A stretch of DNA of 64,000 nt from Octopus sinensis (Eukaryota): the NCBI RefSeq assembly GCF_006345805.1, contig NC_043017.1, positions 18,166,001 to 18,230,000 on the forward strand, in the 5' to 3' direction. Numbering within the stretch: the stretch's first letter is position 1; every line of letters starts with the position of its first letter. Below the pieces are notes generated by a model. It searched no databases and had not been told where the DNA came from. It saw only the letters and a list, made by a program, of their open reading frames with translations. Shown one piece after another: positions 12,293-25,606 of the stretch. Both the position numbers and the translations under genes were made by a program.

Positions 12293-12357
12293 TCACCTCC
12301 AAAACCCAGACAACTGACCATTATTGAGACTTTAGTGGAAAAGGAGAAATGCACAAT
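12293..12357 (+). CDS. UBXN11: UBXN11-like 65 nt exon: SPPKPRQLTIIETLVEKEKCT(M)
   Basis: tttcAG acceptor, GTCAGT donor; phase 0 to 2 exactly bridges 1620 and 21737. IIET matches the recalled UBXN11 IVVET linker. Confidence 0.8.
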
Positions 12358-12769
12358 GTCAGTTAATATATTTTTCTATTTATCTAATCCTCTTTCAGTT
12401 TAACCATTTAACTCACTGTGTGGTTGTATGTGTGTGTGAATATATCTCTCTACTTTCTCTCTCTCTCTTTCTGTATCTGTCTATACATTTGTCTTTCTCT
12501 CTCTCTCTCTCTCGCACACACACAGAGCAGGTCAAAACTTTCCTCTTGTATTAAGTACTTTACAGGAAAAGCATTGAAGAATTCTTCTGTTGAATGTTTA
12601 ATTGTTTTTATTAGAATTTGACATAAAAACCAAACAATACATTCATACATACACACATATATATATAGAAAATACAGAAGAATTTATAGTATCATAACTT
12701 ATAATACCATAAATACCTGTTTTTGTTTAATACACACACACACATACATACATCTCCATCAATCGTTTG

Positions 12770-13385
12770 ACTGTCTCCCCTGTATCTGATGAGGAATGTT
12801 ACAGGTATCTAAGGGTGGATTACAATATATTTTACAGGCACCTGTAACAAGACACGTGTCACTAAAGAATATTACATCCAAATAAAGAAAATATGGATTG
12901 CAGAACTCTCTGTATTCAATAAAACAGTGGCCCACAATGTGTCTTTGCAGTGCCAGTACTCATACCAACATTTGGGATGCTTGATGAGATCTGAGCCATT
13001 GTTGTGAAAACCCCCAAAATACTAACAAGCACACATAATTTCCACATAAATAGTGACATAGACCACTTCTACATAAAACGAAAACAAGGCAGCAGAGGCT
13101 TTACATCGATCCAAAATGCCTTTGAATGTCACATCATATCCCTTTGGCAACATCTTTTAACTACCAAATGTTGAAGTGCATCCCTTGACCAAGTTTGCAT
13201 ACATGAGGTTAATAACATCATAAGAATTGGAGGGCAGCTCCTTGAGCAACACTCTTTGTCTGATAACCTAGAATACATGCCCAAAGAAGTTGCACGGTTC
13301 TACCGCAAAGTATCACCAGATGAAAGGATGAGCCTATATGAGCAGAAGACTATGCATGGATATGTTAGTAGATCTCAAAGTTATA
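12770..13385 (+). mobile_element. Decayed non-LTR retrotransposon RT C-terminal region, R4/Dong-like
   Basis: CYRYLRVD...KIWIAELSVFNKTVAHN.FAVPVLIPTFG...FHINSDIDHFYIKRKQGSRG resembles the R4-type (H..D..RLY..RK.GGRGL) motif. Confidence 0.6.
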
Positions 13386-16300
13386 AATAATCTTTTCTTC
13401 TATAGACACAAGTCCTGAAATTTTGAGCAAAGGGATTAGTTGGTTGGTTGGTGCTGAACTGGTCCTTATTTTATGGCCATTAAAGCTATGCAGAAAGGCA
13501 GCAAGCTGGCATAAACATTAGCATGCTGGGCGAAATGCTTAGCAGTATTTCGTCTGTCTTTACGTTCTGAGTTCAAATTCCGCTGAGGTCGACTTTGCCT
13601 TTTATCCTTTCAAGGTCAATAAATAAAGTATCATTTGTGTACCAGGGATTATCTAATCAACTGCCCCACCCACAAAATTTTAGGCCTTGTGCCAAGAGTA
13701 GAAAAGAATAAAGCTATGAGGAATAACCTGTAATTATTATTTAAAAAATAATCAAGCACAGCCTTTGCCTTTTTCTATTGAAAGACTTTCTTTTGACCCA
13801 ATATTTACATGCTGTTGGTCTGGCTGGATCTCTGTTAGGACGATGAGTGTTCCAGAAGATCCCATCAATGGCAAGGCCTACTCATGGAATTAACGTGCAA
13901 GTGGCTGAGTACTCCACAGACATGTGTACCCTTAATGTACTTCTCAGGGTGATTCAGCATGACAAAGGCTGACCCCTTTCAATTACAGCTACAACTCACT
14001 TTTGCCAGCTGAGTGGACTGGTGCAATGTGAAATAAAATGTCTTGCTTTGGGACACTGCCAAGAATTGAACCCACGACTTGACAATTGTGAGTTGAACGT
14101 CCTAAACACTAAGCCACACACCTTCACATGCTGTTGTTTATAGATTTATTTGCTTCAAGGTCAACCATTCCCCAAAAAATTATTTCATATTCTCTTGAAG
14201 CTTATAAAAAAGATCCTTATGACATTAACAATATATATGTACATATGCATACATACATACATACATATATATATTATATATATATATATATAGTATGTAT
14301 GTATGTATGTATGTATGTATGTATGTATGTATGTATGTATGTATGTATGTATGTATGTATATATATATACATACATATATATACGCATACATGTGTGCGT
14401 GTGTGTGTGTATTCACAAGCACATATGCATGGATAGTTTTTTGATGTCATTGTTATGTCAAGTAGGTACTTATGAGGCTCTGTTCTTTCCATTTTTATTG
14501 CTATCTTGTACAAACAAACACCCTCACGTTTGAATGCATGTGAAAGTGATTTTACTTTCATGCATATATCTGTTGACAGGCACATACATATGTGTATGTG
14601 TGTGTGTTTAATAACAGCTTGATTCAACCTCTTCAAATTCTTGGAAGTGTAGCAGATACAGGACACATCACATCATGTGTTTAGAGATACTTGATGAAGT
14701 GGACTTCTCCTTCGCTCATAACACTTTAAAGAATATGAAGAAAGAGTGTCAAGCTGTTATTAAACGTCTCTAACTCTAACTAAATTTGTTGAGTGCATCG
14801 TATATACCATAAAATTGCAGTATGTTATTGAAAAGCTTCTTGAAAAACCCTGCTTTTTGTTTTCTGTTGTGGACCACACGATGAGGAGGTCATTTTGCAC
14901 TCCGTCTCATGAGCTATAATGGCCAAAGTAGAAGTAGGGATTTTCCAATTGTAATCTAGCTACATTTGTTATTTGCTTCTGGATAGGGCCTGTTAGCTTC
15001 AGCTTGTGCATATGTCTGGGACCTGGAGATCCAAGGAGTGGTCTGGAGATCTACAAAGAGGCCTTATGAATTTCTGATGGATGGAGAAAGCCCTACTTCT
15101 TTTTTTAGGTGGGACCTTAAAGAGACTTCCTTCCACCAAAATTAATTTCTCATGGTGCCCTGCTCCTGTTTTTATTTTTTTATGGACTTGACAAAACAAA
15201 TTGACGAGGAATTGTAAGCCCTTTAAATTCAAAGGGGGTAGTGCACCCTAAAACCTTATTATCACAATTTTTATCTCTTCCCAGCTATACCCCAATCACC
15301 CTACCCTCTTTTCTAAAATGTGAGTAACTATACACTCTACAACCAGAAACCTGTTCTGTTCTGACCCTTTCTTTCTTTTCTCATCTCTTAGCATAAAGCT
15401 GCTTCCCTCTCTACTGTAGCCTCACTCAGTTGAACAGGATCTTAGTGTTGCAGGCTGTTTGGTAACCTCACTAGAGCTGGTGCCATGGAAAAGTAACTAA
15501 TACATTTTGTAAAATGGTGTGTGTTAGGAGCTAAAAAAACCATGCTAATGAAGACAGTGGGGCATAATGCAGTTCATCAGATCCCATCAGGATCCCATCA
15601 AACTGTCCTGCCCTATGCCAACATGGTAGACAGACGTTAACTAATAATTCATTGGGAATAATGGGAATCTAAGTCCTGCCGAGATTAACGTTGCCTTTTA
15701 TCCTTTTGGAATCAATAAAAGAAGGTACCAAGCAGCAAGAAATGGGGCTGAGGATGGCCTTAAAATTGCAGGCTTTGTGCCTAAATCAAAATTTAATGTT
15801 ATTTTTATTATTGAGAAAGAAATATCTAGAAAAAAACTATCATTATAGGTGCAGGAGTGACTGTGTGGTAAGTAGCTTGTTTACCAACCACATGGTTCTG
15901 GGTTCAGTCCTACTGCATGGCACCTTGGGCAAGTGTCTTCTACTATAGCCTCGGGCCAACCAAAGCCTTGTGAGTGGATTTGGTAGACGGAAACTGTCGT
16001 ATATATGTATATATATGTATATGTGTGTGCGTGTGTATGTTTGTCCCTCTAGCATTGCTTGACAACCGATGCTGGTGTGTTTATGTCCCCGTCACTTAGC
16101 GGTTCAGCAAAAACAGACCGATAGAATAAGTACTGGGCTTACAAAAGAATAAGTCCTGGGGTCGAGTTGCTCGATTAAAGGCGGTGCTCCAGCATGGCTG
16201 CAGTCAAATGACTGAAACAAGTAAAAGAGTAAAAGAGTAAAGAGTATTATTTGTGAGCTGGCGCAATCGTTAGCATGCTGGGGAAAATGCTTAGCAGCAT

Positions 16301-17152
16301 TTCCCCTGTCTTTATGTCCTGAGTTCAAATTCTGCTGAGGTTGACTTTGTCTTTCATCTTTCAGGGTCAATAAAATTAGTACCAGTTGAGCACTGTGGTC
16401 AACGTAATTGACTTACCCCCACCACCCGCCCGAACTTGCTGGCCTTGTGCCACATTTGGAAATCAATATTCTTTATGCTTTTGCGTTGTGGTCCCCAACT
16501 TTTTGGATATATGGACCAGATTCAGGACCTGGATTTCTTTCAGTGTGTGTGTGTGGGGTTGGGGGCATACCAAAAAAACCGTAGCACCCATCAACTACGG
16601 AAAAATATATTTAAAGAGCGAAGATCACTGAGACCCGCTGTAGAAGTGCTTGAGGGCCACATGCGGCCTTGAGAGCTGTGGTTGAGAACCTCTGCTTTAG
16701 ATGTGCTAAATGAGTAACACTAATTAATTAATTAATGACAAGACATGAGTCACGTCACGTAATCACTTGCATTAGCCACTTAGGGTGATTACGTGACTTA
16801 TGCTCTCTTGTCATAAACATACATATACATATATATATATATATTTATGATATATAAGATGTGTGTGTGTGTGTATCAATGCTCATCTTTGTATGTATTT
16901 ATGAGTCTTCTCTCTCTCTCTCTCTCATTCTCTCCTCCCTCCATTCGCCCATCCTCTCAAGTTTATTATAGGTTGTGTACATAAGAAGCCCTCCCACAAA
17001 AACACAGCTAAAAGTATGTCAACAATGGGACCTGTATGCAGTTGGTTTACATATTAAAACCAGCAGCTAGACCTTCTTCAAACCACACCATGCCATCTTC
17101 AGAACAGAAACACACCCACACATAAACACAACAACAACAACAATATCAAAGA

Positions 17153-17193
<41 letters not shown>

Positions 17194-18246
17194 ACACACA
17201 CGCACACAACTACAGCATGCCACTTGCCATTAATTAATAACATATATAGTTAATTGTTGAAAACCACTAATGAAATTGTGGGAAAAACAGATGTTGTCTG
17301 TGCAGGTTCGTCTTTGATGTGGTAATTGGCTTTTGGGAGTCGAAATACTTTATAAATTATATATATATATATACGGTACATAAGTTGAAGCACCGAATTA
17401 GTACAGTATTATCCATACAAATTCAAAGTAAGGTGATTAAAATCAAAATATCTTTGTTGCTTATTTTGATATTATATATATATAGTATATATATATATAG
17501 AAATATATAGATATATAATGATGTATTATATATATGTATATATATATATATATATTATATAGGTATATATATATATGTATAATTATATATTGTAATATAT
17601 ATATGTATATATATATATATATTGTTATATATATATATGTATATATATAGTTATATATATATGTATATAATATATGTATATATATATATGTATATATATA
17701 TATGTATATTATATATATTATATATATATATGTATATTATATATATGTATATATATAAATACATGTGTGTGTGTGCTTAAATACACACACATATATTTGC
17801 ATGTATATATATATGTGTGTTGTATGTATATATATCATCATCTTCATTTAACGTCTGTTATCCATGCTGGCATGGGTTGCATGGTTTGACTGGGCTGGCA
17901 TGCTCGAAGGCTACACCAGGATCCAGTCTGATTCGGCATGGTATTCTACAGCTGGATGCCCCTCCTAACGCCAACTGCTCCAAGAGTGTAATGGGTGCTT
18001 TTATGTGCCACCGGCATGGGTACCATATGCGTGACACCAGTATCTGCCACAACTGCAATTTTGCTCAGCTTGATGGCTCTTCTTCTCAAGCATGACATAA
18101 TGCTAAAGGTTTTGGCCATTGCTTCCATGAGGTCCAATACTCAAAAGGAGCTTGGCCCCTTTTACCTCCATGAGGCCCAACACTTGAAAGGATGTATGTA
18201 TACGTATGTATGCATGTATGCATATATATGTGTGCGTTTGTATATA

Positions 18247-18281
<35 letters not shown>

Positions 18282-18701
18282 CATATATATTTGTATATAT
18301 ATGTGTATTATATGTATATATTATATATTATATATATATATATATTATAATTTCTTTACTACCCACAAGGGGCTAAACACAGACGGGACAAACAAGGACA
18401 GACAAACGGATTAAGTCGAGATTATATCGACCCAGTGTGTAACTGTAACTTAATTTATCGACCACCCCAAAGGATGAAAGGCAAAGTCGCCTCGGCGGAA
18501 TTTGAACTCGGAACGTGTCGACAGACGAAATACAGCTACGCATTTCGCCCAGCGTGCTAACGTTTCTGCCAGCTCGCCGCCTTAATATATGTGTAATGTA
18601 TATATATGGTGTATTATATATATATGTGTATGTAATGTATATTATGGTGTGTGATATGTGTTTCTATGTATATATATACATACATATATATATATTACTA
18701 T

Positions 18702-18749
<48 letters not shown>

Positions 18750-19384
18750 TACATACATACATACATATATGATATAGATATATATATAATACATACATAT
18801 ATATATATATTATATATATATATACATACATACTTGTGTGTGTTTATGTGCCTAAAGCCACCACACCCTCGGTCATTTGAGAATGTTACCCAGAATAGAT
18901 CTCATACTGAACCAGGAGTGAACATTCTGGGAATTTTCTCAGAGCCTTTTACCTGTTAATATATTCATTATATGCATTTGTTTCAGTGTTTGCGTATGTG
19001 CATACAGTTATATATATATGTGTGTGTTTTTGTCGTGTATGTGTATACATACGAAGGACATTTTCATGGGTTTTTGTTATGCGTTGACTATTTTTCATAT
19101 GCCACGCCTAAATGTATGTGACATCATCTCTTCTTATATTAGCATATGTCCTTGTGATATATAAGCATGTGTGTGTGAAGGACATGCCATACAGGACTTT
19201 CCCAAGGATGTTTTGACTAATTCTAGATCATCATTTCTTCTTTGTACATTGGCTATTTTCTTGAATTGCAACTCTCCTCACATTATTGATCCAAATCACA
19301 CGTGCTTGTGTTCGTGTGTATCAAGCTGTTAATAGTTGTGATGACTAATAATAATTTCTCGTATATGCTATCTTCCGTCTTTCA

Positions 19385-20000
19385 TTTACCAGTGCCGGTG
19401 GCACGTAAGCAAACCATCCGAACGTGGCTATTGCCAGCGCCACCCCGACGGGCCTCCGTGTCGGTGGCACGTAAAAAGCACCATCTGATCGTGGCCGTTT
19501 GCCAGCCTCGCCTGGCCCCTGTGCCAGTGGCACATAAAAAGCACCATCTGACCGTGGCCGTTTGCCAGCTCCGTCTGGCACCTGTGCTGGTGGCACGTAA
19601 AAAGCACCATTCAATCGTGGCCGTTGCCAGCCTCGCCTGGCCCCTGTGCCAGTGGCACATAAAAAGCACCATCTGACCGTGGCCATTTGCCAGTCCCGTC
19701 TGCCACTTGTGCCGGTGGCACATAGAAGGCACCATCCGATCGTGGCTGTTGCCAGCCTCGCCTGGCCCCCATGCTAGTGGCACATAAAAAGCACCATCTG
19801 ACCGTGGCCGTTTGCCAGCCCCATCTAGCACGTAAAAAGCACCCACTATACTCACGGAGTGGTTGGCGTTAGGAAGGGCATCCAACCATAGAAACATTGC
19901 CAGATCAGACTGGGCCTGGTGCAGCCTTCTGGCTTCCCAAACCCCAGTTGAACTGTCCAACCCATGCTAGCATGGAAAGCGGATGCTAAATGATGATGAT
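19385..20000 (+). mobile_element. Family D: RTE-type 3' UTR/SINE with ~7 tandem ~62 bp units and a (TGA)n tail
   Basis: Core tggttggcgttaggaagggcatccagccgtagaaa plus gatgatgat tail. Copies at 17835-18190 (-), 22969-23276, 30665-30990 (-), 33416-33751 (-), 43795-43975 (-), 44750-44960 (-), 58790-58910, 63640-63830 (-). Confidence 0.85.
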
Positions 20001-21029
20001 AACTGTGAAAGTGACTGTGCTTTACCAGTAAGCTACCAGGTGTAAACCGTTCGTTTTATTATCTATCAATATATATATACGTGTATGTATTATCTATATC
20101 TCTAAAACAGAATTTGTGTGTGTGTGGTGCATATGTTCCTTATGGATTCGAAAATTAAGTTGCTGATTTTGACATATGAAGCATCAAAAGATTCAGTAGT
20201 CTTTCGGCTACCAAATAAAGTGTGTTTTTTGCACAACAGCTCTTTTTTACTACAAAAATAACCTTGTAAAGGAGGTCAGGTCGCACAATTTTGAGGTCAT
20301 TTTTGGACAATATTAGGATTTGCTTCTAATCTATGTTGCTAATTTTAATGTTTTTTTTTTGTGTCAAAAAATGCAGCAATGTACGAGGAGTGTTATGAGT
20401 GCATTTGTGATGCACAAAACCCTATTTGTCAATGGAAAATGACCATAAAACCTGCTTCTTTGGCACAATTATTGCCACATTTTCAGCACCACTCACTTCT
20501 GTTTACTTTTGTTTTTCAAAAATTTCTTTGGATATCTGTTTTCAATATGGGAGAATATGATTTTGTCCCCAAATCATGTTTTCAAAATACCTACAATCCA
20601 CTTTACATTTTGTTCAACAATTTGAATATAGAGAACAAATTATAGGTATTTGACACCTATTTCTAGCATTAACTATGATTATATCTTTTTAATTATATAC
20701 TTATATATATGTATATATAGGTTATGAGAGGTAATGGTATCAGTGAGATCCAAAAGTGTCAGATAATGCTGAATAAGTGCTATGGATAGACCATAATTAA
20801 GATCCAAATTCGGTGATTATGCGAATAAGGGGTCCAACTTAGGTCATATATCCGATGAAGGGATATAATAAATATCCTAGAAACAGCTGTAAGACCTATT
20901 TATAAATGTGACTGTATCGTAGCTATATATATGGGTCATAGTCATAGATAGCTTTATATATAGACAGCTGGTGAATGAATAACAAGAGTCTTACGAAATG
21001 AAGCTAAGACACCTTTAACCGTTTTGAAG

Positions 21030-21565
21030 ATTTTTGAAATCATATTCATCCAATGCAGATCATTGTTGATGATAATTACCCTGGTCACATTCTCCAGAAA
21101 ATTTCTTATGTTTGGCATTGTGGAAAAAGTAGGTAGGTGTGGGGTCTGTCTTCCAAAATCTATATTGGTACGCTTGTCTGCAGCCAGCGGGAGTTGCCAC
21201 CCAGCAATCCATTGCTACATTGTGTCCAGGTTAGATTGCAGGAAAAACCCATGGCTTATAGAATCCATTCCTTTTATCTTAAGGACAGCTTAATGTTCTT
21301 AGTGAATTTTAACACAGTCACCTGCTTTAACTTGGCATTTGTTTCAGGAATTACAACCGTGTTTCGTGGTCTGCTACCACAACAGCTCCTTTATAGGATC
21401 CAGTTAGCTCAAGACATCATCAGGAGGAACCACGTCCGGTTTCGGCCCCTACTCCTCTACCATTTTGACGTGGCGGGGCCCACTATGAACAACAGGGCAT
21501 CAACAATAGATCCCTGTGGAACTCCAAATATAAATAGGGTCCAGAATGTTGTCCTACAGTGACTA
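21030..21565 (-). mobile_element. Decayed CR1-type LINE RT fragment with a ~140 bp internal insertion
   Basis: Minus strand GVPQGSIVDALLF...FLQSNLDTM*QWIAGWQLPLAADKRT, homologous to the element at 55040-57323. Confidence 0.7.
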
Positions 21566-21736
21566 CCTTTTTTTTTTTTATTTTGTGATTGAGAATGAAG
21601 GACTGCAGCCAGTTATTAAGATTAGCACCCTCCGCTCTCATAGAGAGCTTCACTATAAGTCATTTGTTTGGTTCAGAGCTTGGCTAAGAAACAAAGGTGC
21701 AGGAGTGAAATTGTTGTCATCTTTGTATATTTTCAG

Positions 21737-21880
21737 GTCCCAAAGTCCCACTCAGGCACATGTTGAACCTGATGTTGCCAACATTCGAGTGAAATCTGAA
21801 ACAGGAGACTGTACTTACCTGATAAAGATGAAGTACCTGGACACAATTGGGGACTTAAGAGTATATCTGGATACCCACAG
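21737..21880 (+). CDS. UBXN11: UBXN11-like exon, N-terminal half of the UBX domain: SQSPTQAHVEPDVANIRVKSETGDCTYLIKMKYLDTIGDLRVYLDTH(R)
   Basis: tttcAG acceptor, GTAAGA donor, 144 nt, phase 2 to 2. IRVKSE...TIGDLR matches the recalled UBXN11 LRIKSENGE...TIGDVR. Confidence 0.9.
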
Positions 21881-22082
21881 GTAAGAAGAATTTCAGGCCC
21901 TGACTTGGTTTGTTTTCGTCTGCATTATGATGGTGATCAGGTGAGTGGTTAGCATTAAGAAATTATCGAGGTACAATATGGAAATCTGGATTTTTCACTT
22001 CTAGAGTTCTAGAGCCTCCGCCATTCTGTAAATTTGTAATTTGAAACCCAATATTGCTGTACATCAAATATATGCGTGCAGA

Positions 22083-22565
22083 TAGAGAGAGAAATAGAGA
22101 GGGAGAAATAGAGAGTGAGTGAGAGAGAGAGAGTGAGTGAGTGAGAGAGAGTGAGTGAGAAAGAGAGAGAGAGTGAGTGAAAGAGAGTGAGTGAGACAGA
22201 GAGAGAGCGAGTGAGTGAGAGAGAGTAAGTGAGAGAGAGTGAGTGAGAGAGAGAGTGAATGAGTGAGAGAGAGTGAGTGAGTGAGAGAGCGAGAGAGAGA
22301 GAGTGAGTGAGTGAGAGAGAGTGAGTAAGTGAGAGAAAGTGAGTGAGTGAGAGTGAGTGAGTGAGAGAGCGAGAGTGAGAGAGAGATAGAGAGTGAGTGA
22401 GAGAGTGAGTAAGAGAGAGACAGAGAAAGAGTGACTGAGTGAGAGAAAGTGAGTAAGTGAGAGAAAGTGAGTGAATGAGAGTGAGTGAGTGACAGAGAGT
22501 GAGTGACAGAGAGTGAGTGAGTGAGAGAGCGAGTGAGAGAGAGTGAGAGAGAGAGAGAGAGTGTG
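22083..22565. repeat. ~480 bp (GA)/(GAGT) compound purine-rich microsatellite
   Basis: Seen directly; it explains the SLTHSL ORF 22009-22653. Confidence 0.95.
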
Positions 22566-23454
22566 AATGGATGTAACAGTTATATAAAAAACAAGTGGCT
22601 TCTGCAGCTTGTTGCTGAACCACCTGCCCAGATGATTTGTTTATTGTGATCAAATGCTGTACATTAGCTCACTCCTTTGGATAAAATCGACATTACCTGT
22701 ACAGGTGCATGGTGTGCCGCATGTCAGGTGTTGAAGGGATCAGTAGGGAATGTGAAAAATGAAGCGTTTTGTTCAAGATTACAATGAGCTGTTCAGTCTA
22801 GGAACTGAAACCATAATCTTGTGGTCGTGAATGCAGCATCCTAACACTAGGTCACATATATACACACACATATATATACACATATATATGCACTCATATA
22901 CACACACATATAACTATGTAACTATTGATTTGAAGCAAAGCAGTATTTCACCATGGCTGGACATGTTTTGTGGCATGTAAAAAGCACTATTTGATTGTGG
23001 CCGTTGCCAGCCTCGTCTGGCCCCTGTGCCAGTGGCATGTAAAAAAGCACCATCTGATCATGGCCATTTGCCAACCTCGTCTGGCACCTGTGCTGGTGGC
23101 ATGTAAAAAGCACCCACTACACTCATGGAGTGGTTGGCATTAGGAAGGGCATCCAGCCGTAGAAACATTGCCGGATCAGACCGGGCCTGGCGTAGCCTTA
23201 TGGCTTCCCAGACCCCAGTTGCACCGTCCAACCCATGCTAGCATGGAAAGCGGATGCTAAACGATGATGATGATGATTATATATATATAGGCGCAGGAGT
23301 GGCTGTGTGGTAAGTAGCTTGTTTACCAACCACATGGTTCCGGGTTCAGTCTCACTGCGTGGCACCTTGGGCAAGTGTCTTCTACTATAGCCTCGGGCCG
23401 ACCAAAGCCTTGTGAGTGGATTTGGTAGACGGAAACTGAAAGAAGCCCGTCGTA

Positions 23455-23521
<67 letters not shown>

Positions 23522-25187
23522 TTGTGTGTGTTTGTGTGTCTGTGTTTGTCCCCCTAGCATTGCTTGACAACCGATGCTGGTGTGTTTATGTCCCCGTTAC
23601 TTAGCGGTTTGGCAAAAGAGACCAATAGAATAAGTACTGGGCTTACAAAAGAATAAGTCCCGGGGTCGAGTTGCTCGATTAAAGGCGGTGCTTCAGCATG
23701 GCCGCAGTCAAATGACAGAAACGAGTAAAAGAGTAAAGAGTATATGTATACATACAAATGTGGGCCTAAAAGTTCATGTGTTGACTATGACAAAATGATG
23801 CTAGAGCTGTGAAATCATGCATGCATTAATTTCAGCTCATCTTATTAATAACTGTTGTTACTGCTGCTGTTGTTATTATTGTTGTGGCTGCTGTTGTTCT
23901 TGTTATTGTTGTTAGTTTGTTGTTTATGACAAATTATGAACCTCACCAACAACACACATCAATCTCACATCGTCCAGGAAGTTTCAAAACTACTACAGAA
24001 TATTTATTGGACAATAGGTTATTGTCAGAGAGACAACACAAACCACGGATCTGTCTCTTGTTGGCCAGATTTGGTGACCTGTAAGATGACCAGGACAGAG
24101 ATGAACCCCTGTAACACTGACACAGCATACAGCAACAACAATGTCAACATTGTTTTCACACTAAAAACAATATTAAACGAATCAATATAATGGCTGCATG
24201 TGTGTGTGTGTGTGTGTGCGTGCAAGTTGTTGAGTGTGTCTATATGCCTGAGTGAGTGTGTCTGTGTGTATGAGCATGTCTGTGTGTTTACAGATGAAGT
24301 GTGTGTATGTGTGTGTGTGTATGTTTACAGATGAAGTATATGTGTGCATGTGTATGTGTATATGTGTGTGTGTATATGTGTGTGTGTATGTGTATGTGGG
24401 TATGTATATTTGTGTATATGTGTGTATGTGTATGTGTTTGTGTTTGTATGTGTGTGTGTATATGTGTGTATATGTGTGTATGTTTTTACAGATGAAGTGT
24501 GTGTGTGTATGTGTGTGTAGTGCCTCTCATGTTTACAGATGAAGTTGTGAATCCCACAGGTGGAGAAAGAAGGAAGTGTTGCCTTCTAGCCATTTTGTTG
24601 TAATGTGCGAGAGTGGTGACCATGCCGTGAGTTAATGGGCCTGCTCTGAATATACACCTGTAAATTGGAGACAAGGACCTGAGAAACAGCACCTGCCTCA
24701 GAAGTCAGGGCATTCATGATTTTATGGAGTTTTTCCATGAGCATCCCTTGAACATCTCTTCCCTATTGAGGATCACATATTTTTAAAATGCTATTTTTCT
24801 GGGGGTTTTTTTTTTACGTTAAACCTGTTTGCACACAAAACCCTGATAACCCTGCACACATTCAATGTTTTGTTCTGTGCCATCCATAATGGGTTTTTTT
24901 TTTATGCAAACCCTTTGTGATCAATAAAGGAATCACCATTGTTATCATTATTATAGGGTTAGCTGGCAAAATTGTTACTGTGGCGGGCAAAAAGCTTAGC
25001 AGCATTTCATACATCTTTATGTTTTGAGTTCAAATCCCAGGGAGGTCACCTTTGCCTTTCATCCTTTTAGGGTCAATAAAAGAAGTGCCAGTCGAGCACT
25101 AGGACTGATGTGATCAACTTACCCAATCCCTCGAAATTGCTGGCCTTGTGTCAAAATTTGAAACCATTATTATTATTATTATTATTA

Positions 25188-25229
<42 letters not shown>

Positions 25230-25389
25230 TATGTTTGACTTTTGCTTTATATTTGTACAAGTTGGCTCCAAGTCTCACCCAGAGACCTCAAGAGACAACA
25301 GGCTGGAAGTTCATGTTGTTGTTATGCCTAGTGTGTCATATATTATTATTATTATTATTATTATCCTCTTCCTCCTTCTCCTGATGTAG

Positions 25390-25531
25390 GCCTGCTTTCA
25401 GTCCATCATACAAGATTCTGTCGACATTCCCACGTAGGGTTCTCGATGATCCAGACGCAACCATTGAAGAGTGTGGTCTTGTCCCGACAGCAACACTAGT
25501 TCTGGAGCTTGACTCAACAGCTAACTATTAA
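25390..25531 (+). CDS. UBXN11: UBXN11-like terminal exon: PAFSPSYKILSTFPRRVLDDPDATIEECGLVPTATLVLELDSTANY*
   Basis: Pyrimidine tract + tgtAG acceptor, in frame with the previous exon; UBX FPR loop (STFPRR) and GLVP motif; TAA at 25529-25531. Confidence 0.9.
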
Positions 25532-25544
25532 AGTGGTTGTTAAA

Positions 25545-25606
25545 AATAAACACTTTTCTTGCAATACTTCAGTTACACACACGCACACACACACAATAAT
25601 AATAAA
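25545..25606 (+). terminator. Candidate polyadenylation signals of the UBXN11-like gene
   Basis: AATAAA at 25545-25550 and 25601-25606, followed by T/GT-rich sequence. Confidence 0.5.

Noticed and set aside
14700-15240. Possible exon or nested gene in non-repetitive-looking intron sequence
   Set aside because: No recognisable protein motif or coherent splice pair by eye; probably an old TE relic and not classifiable without a search
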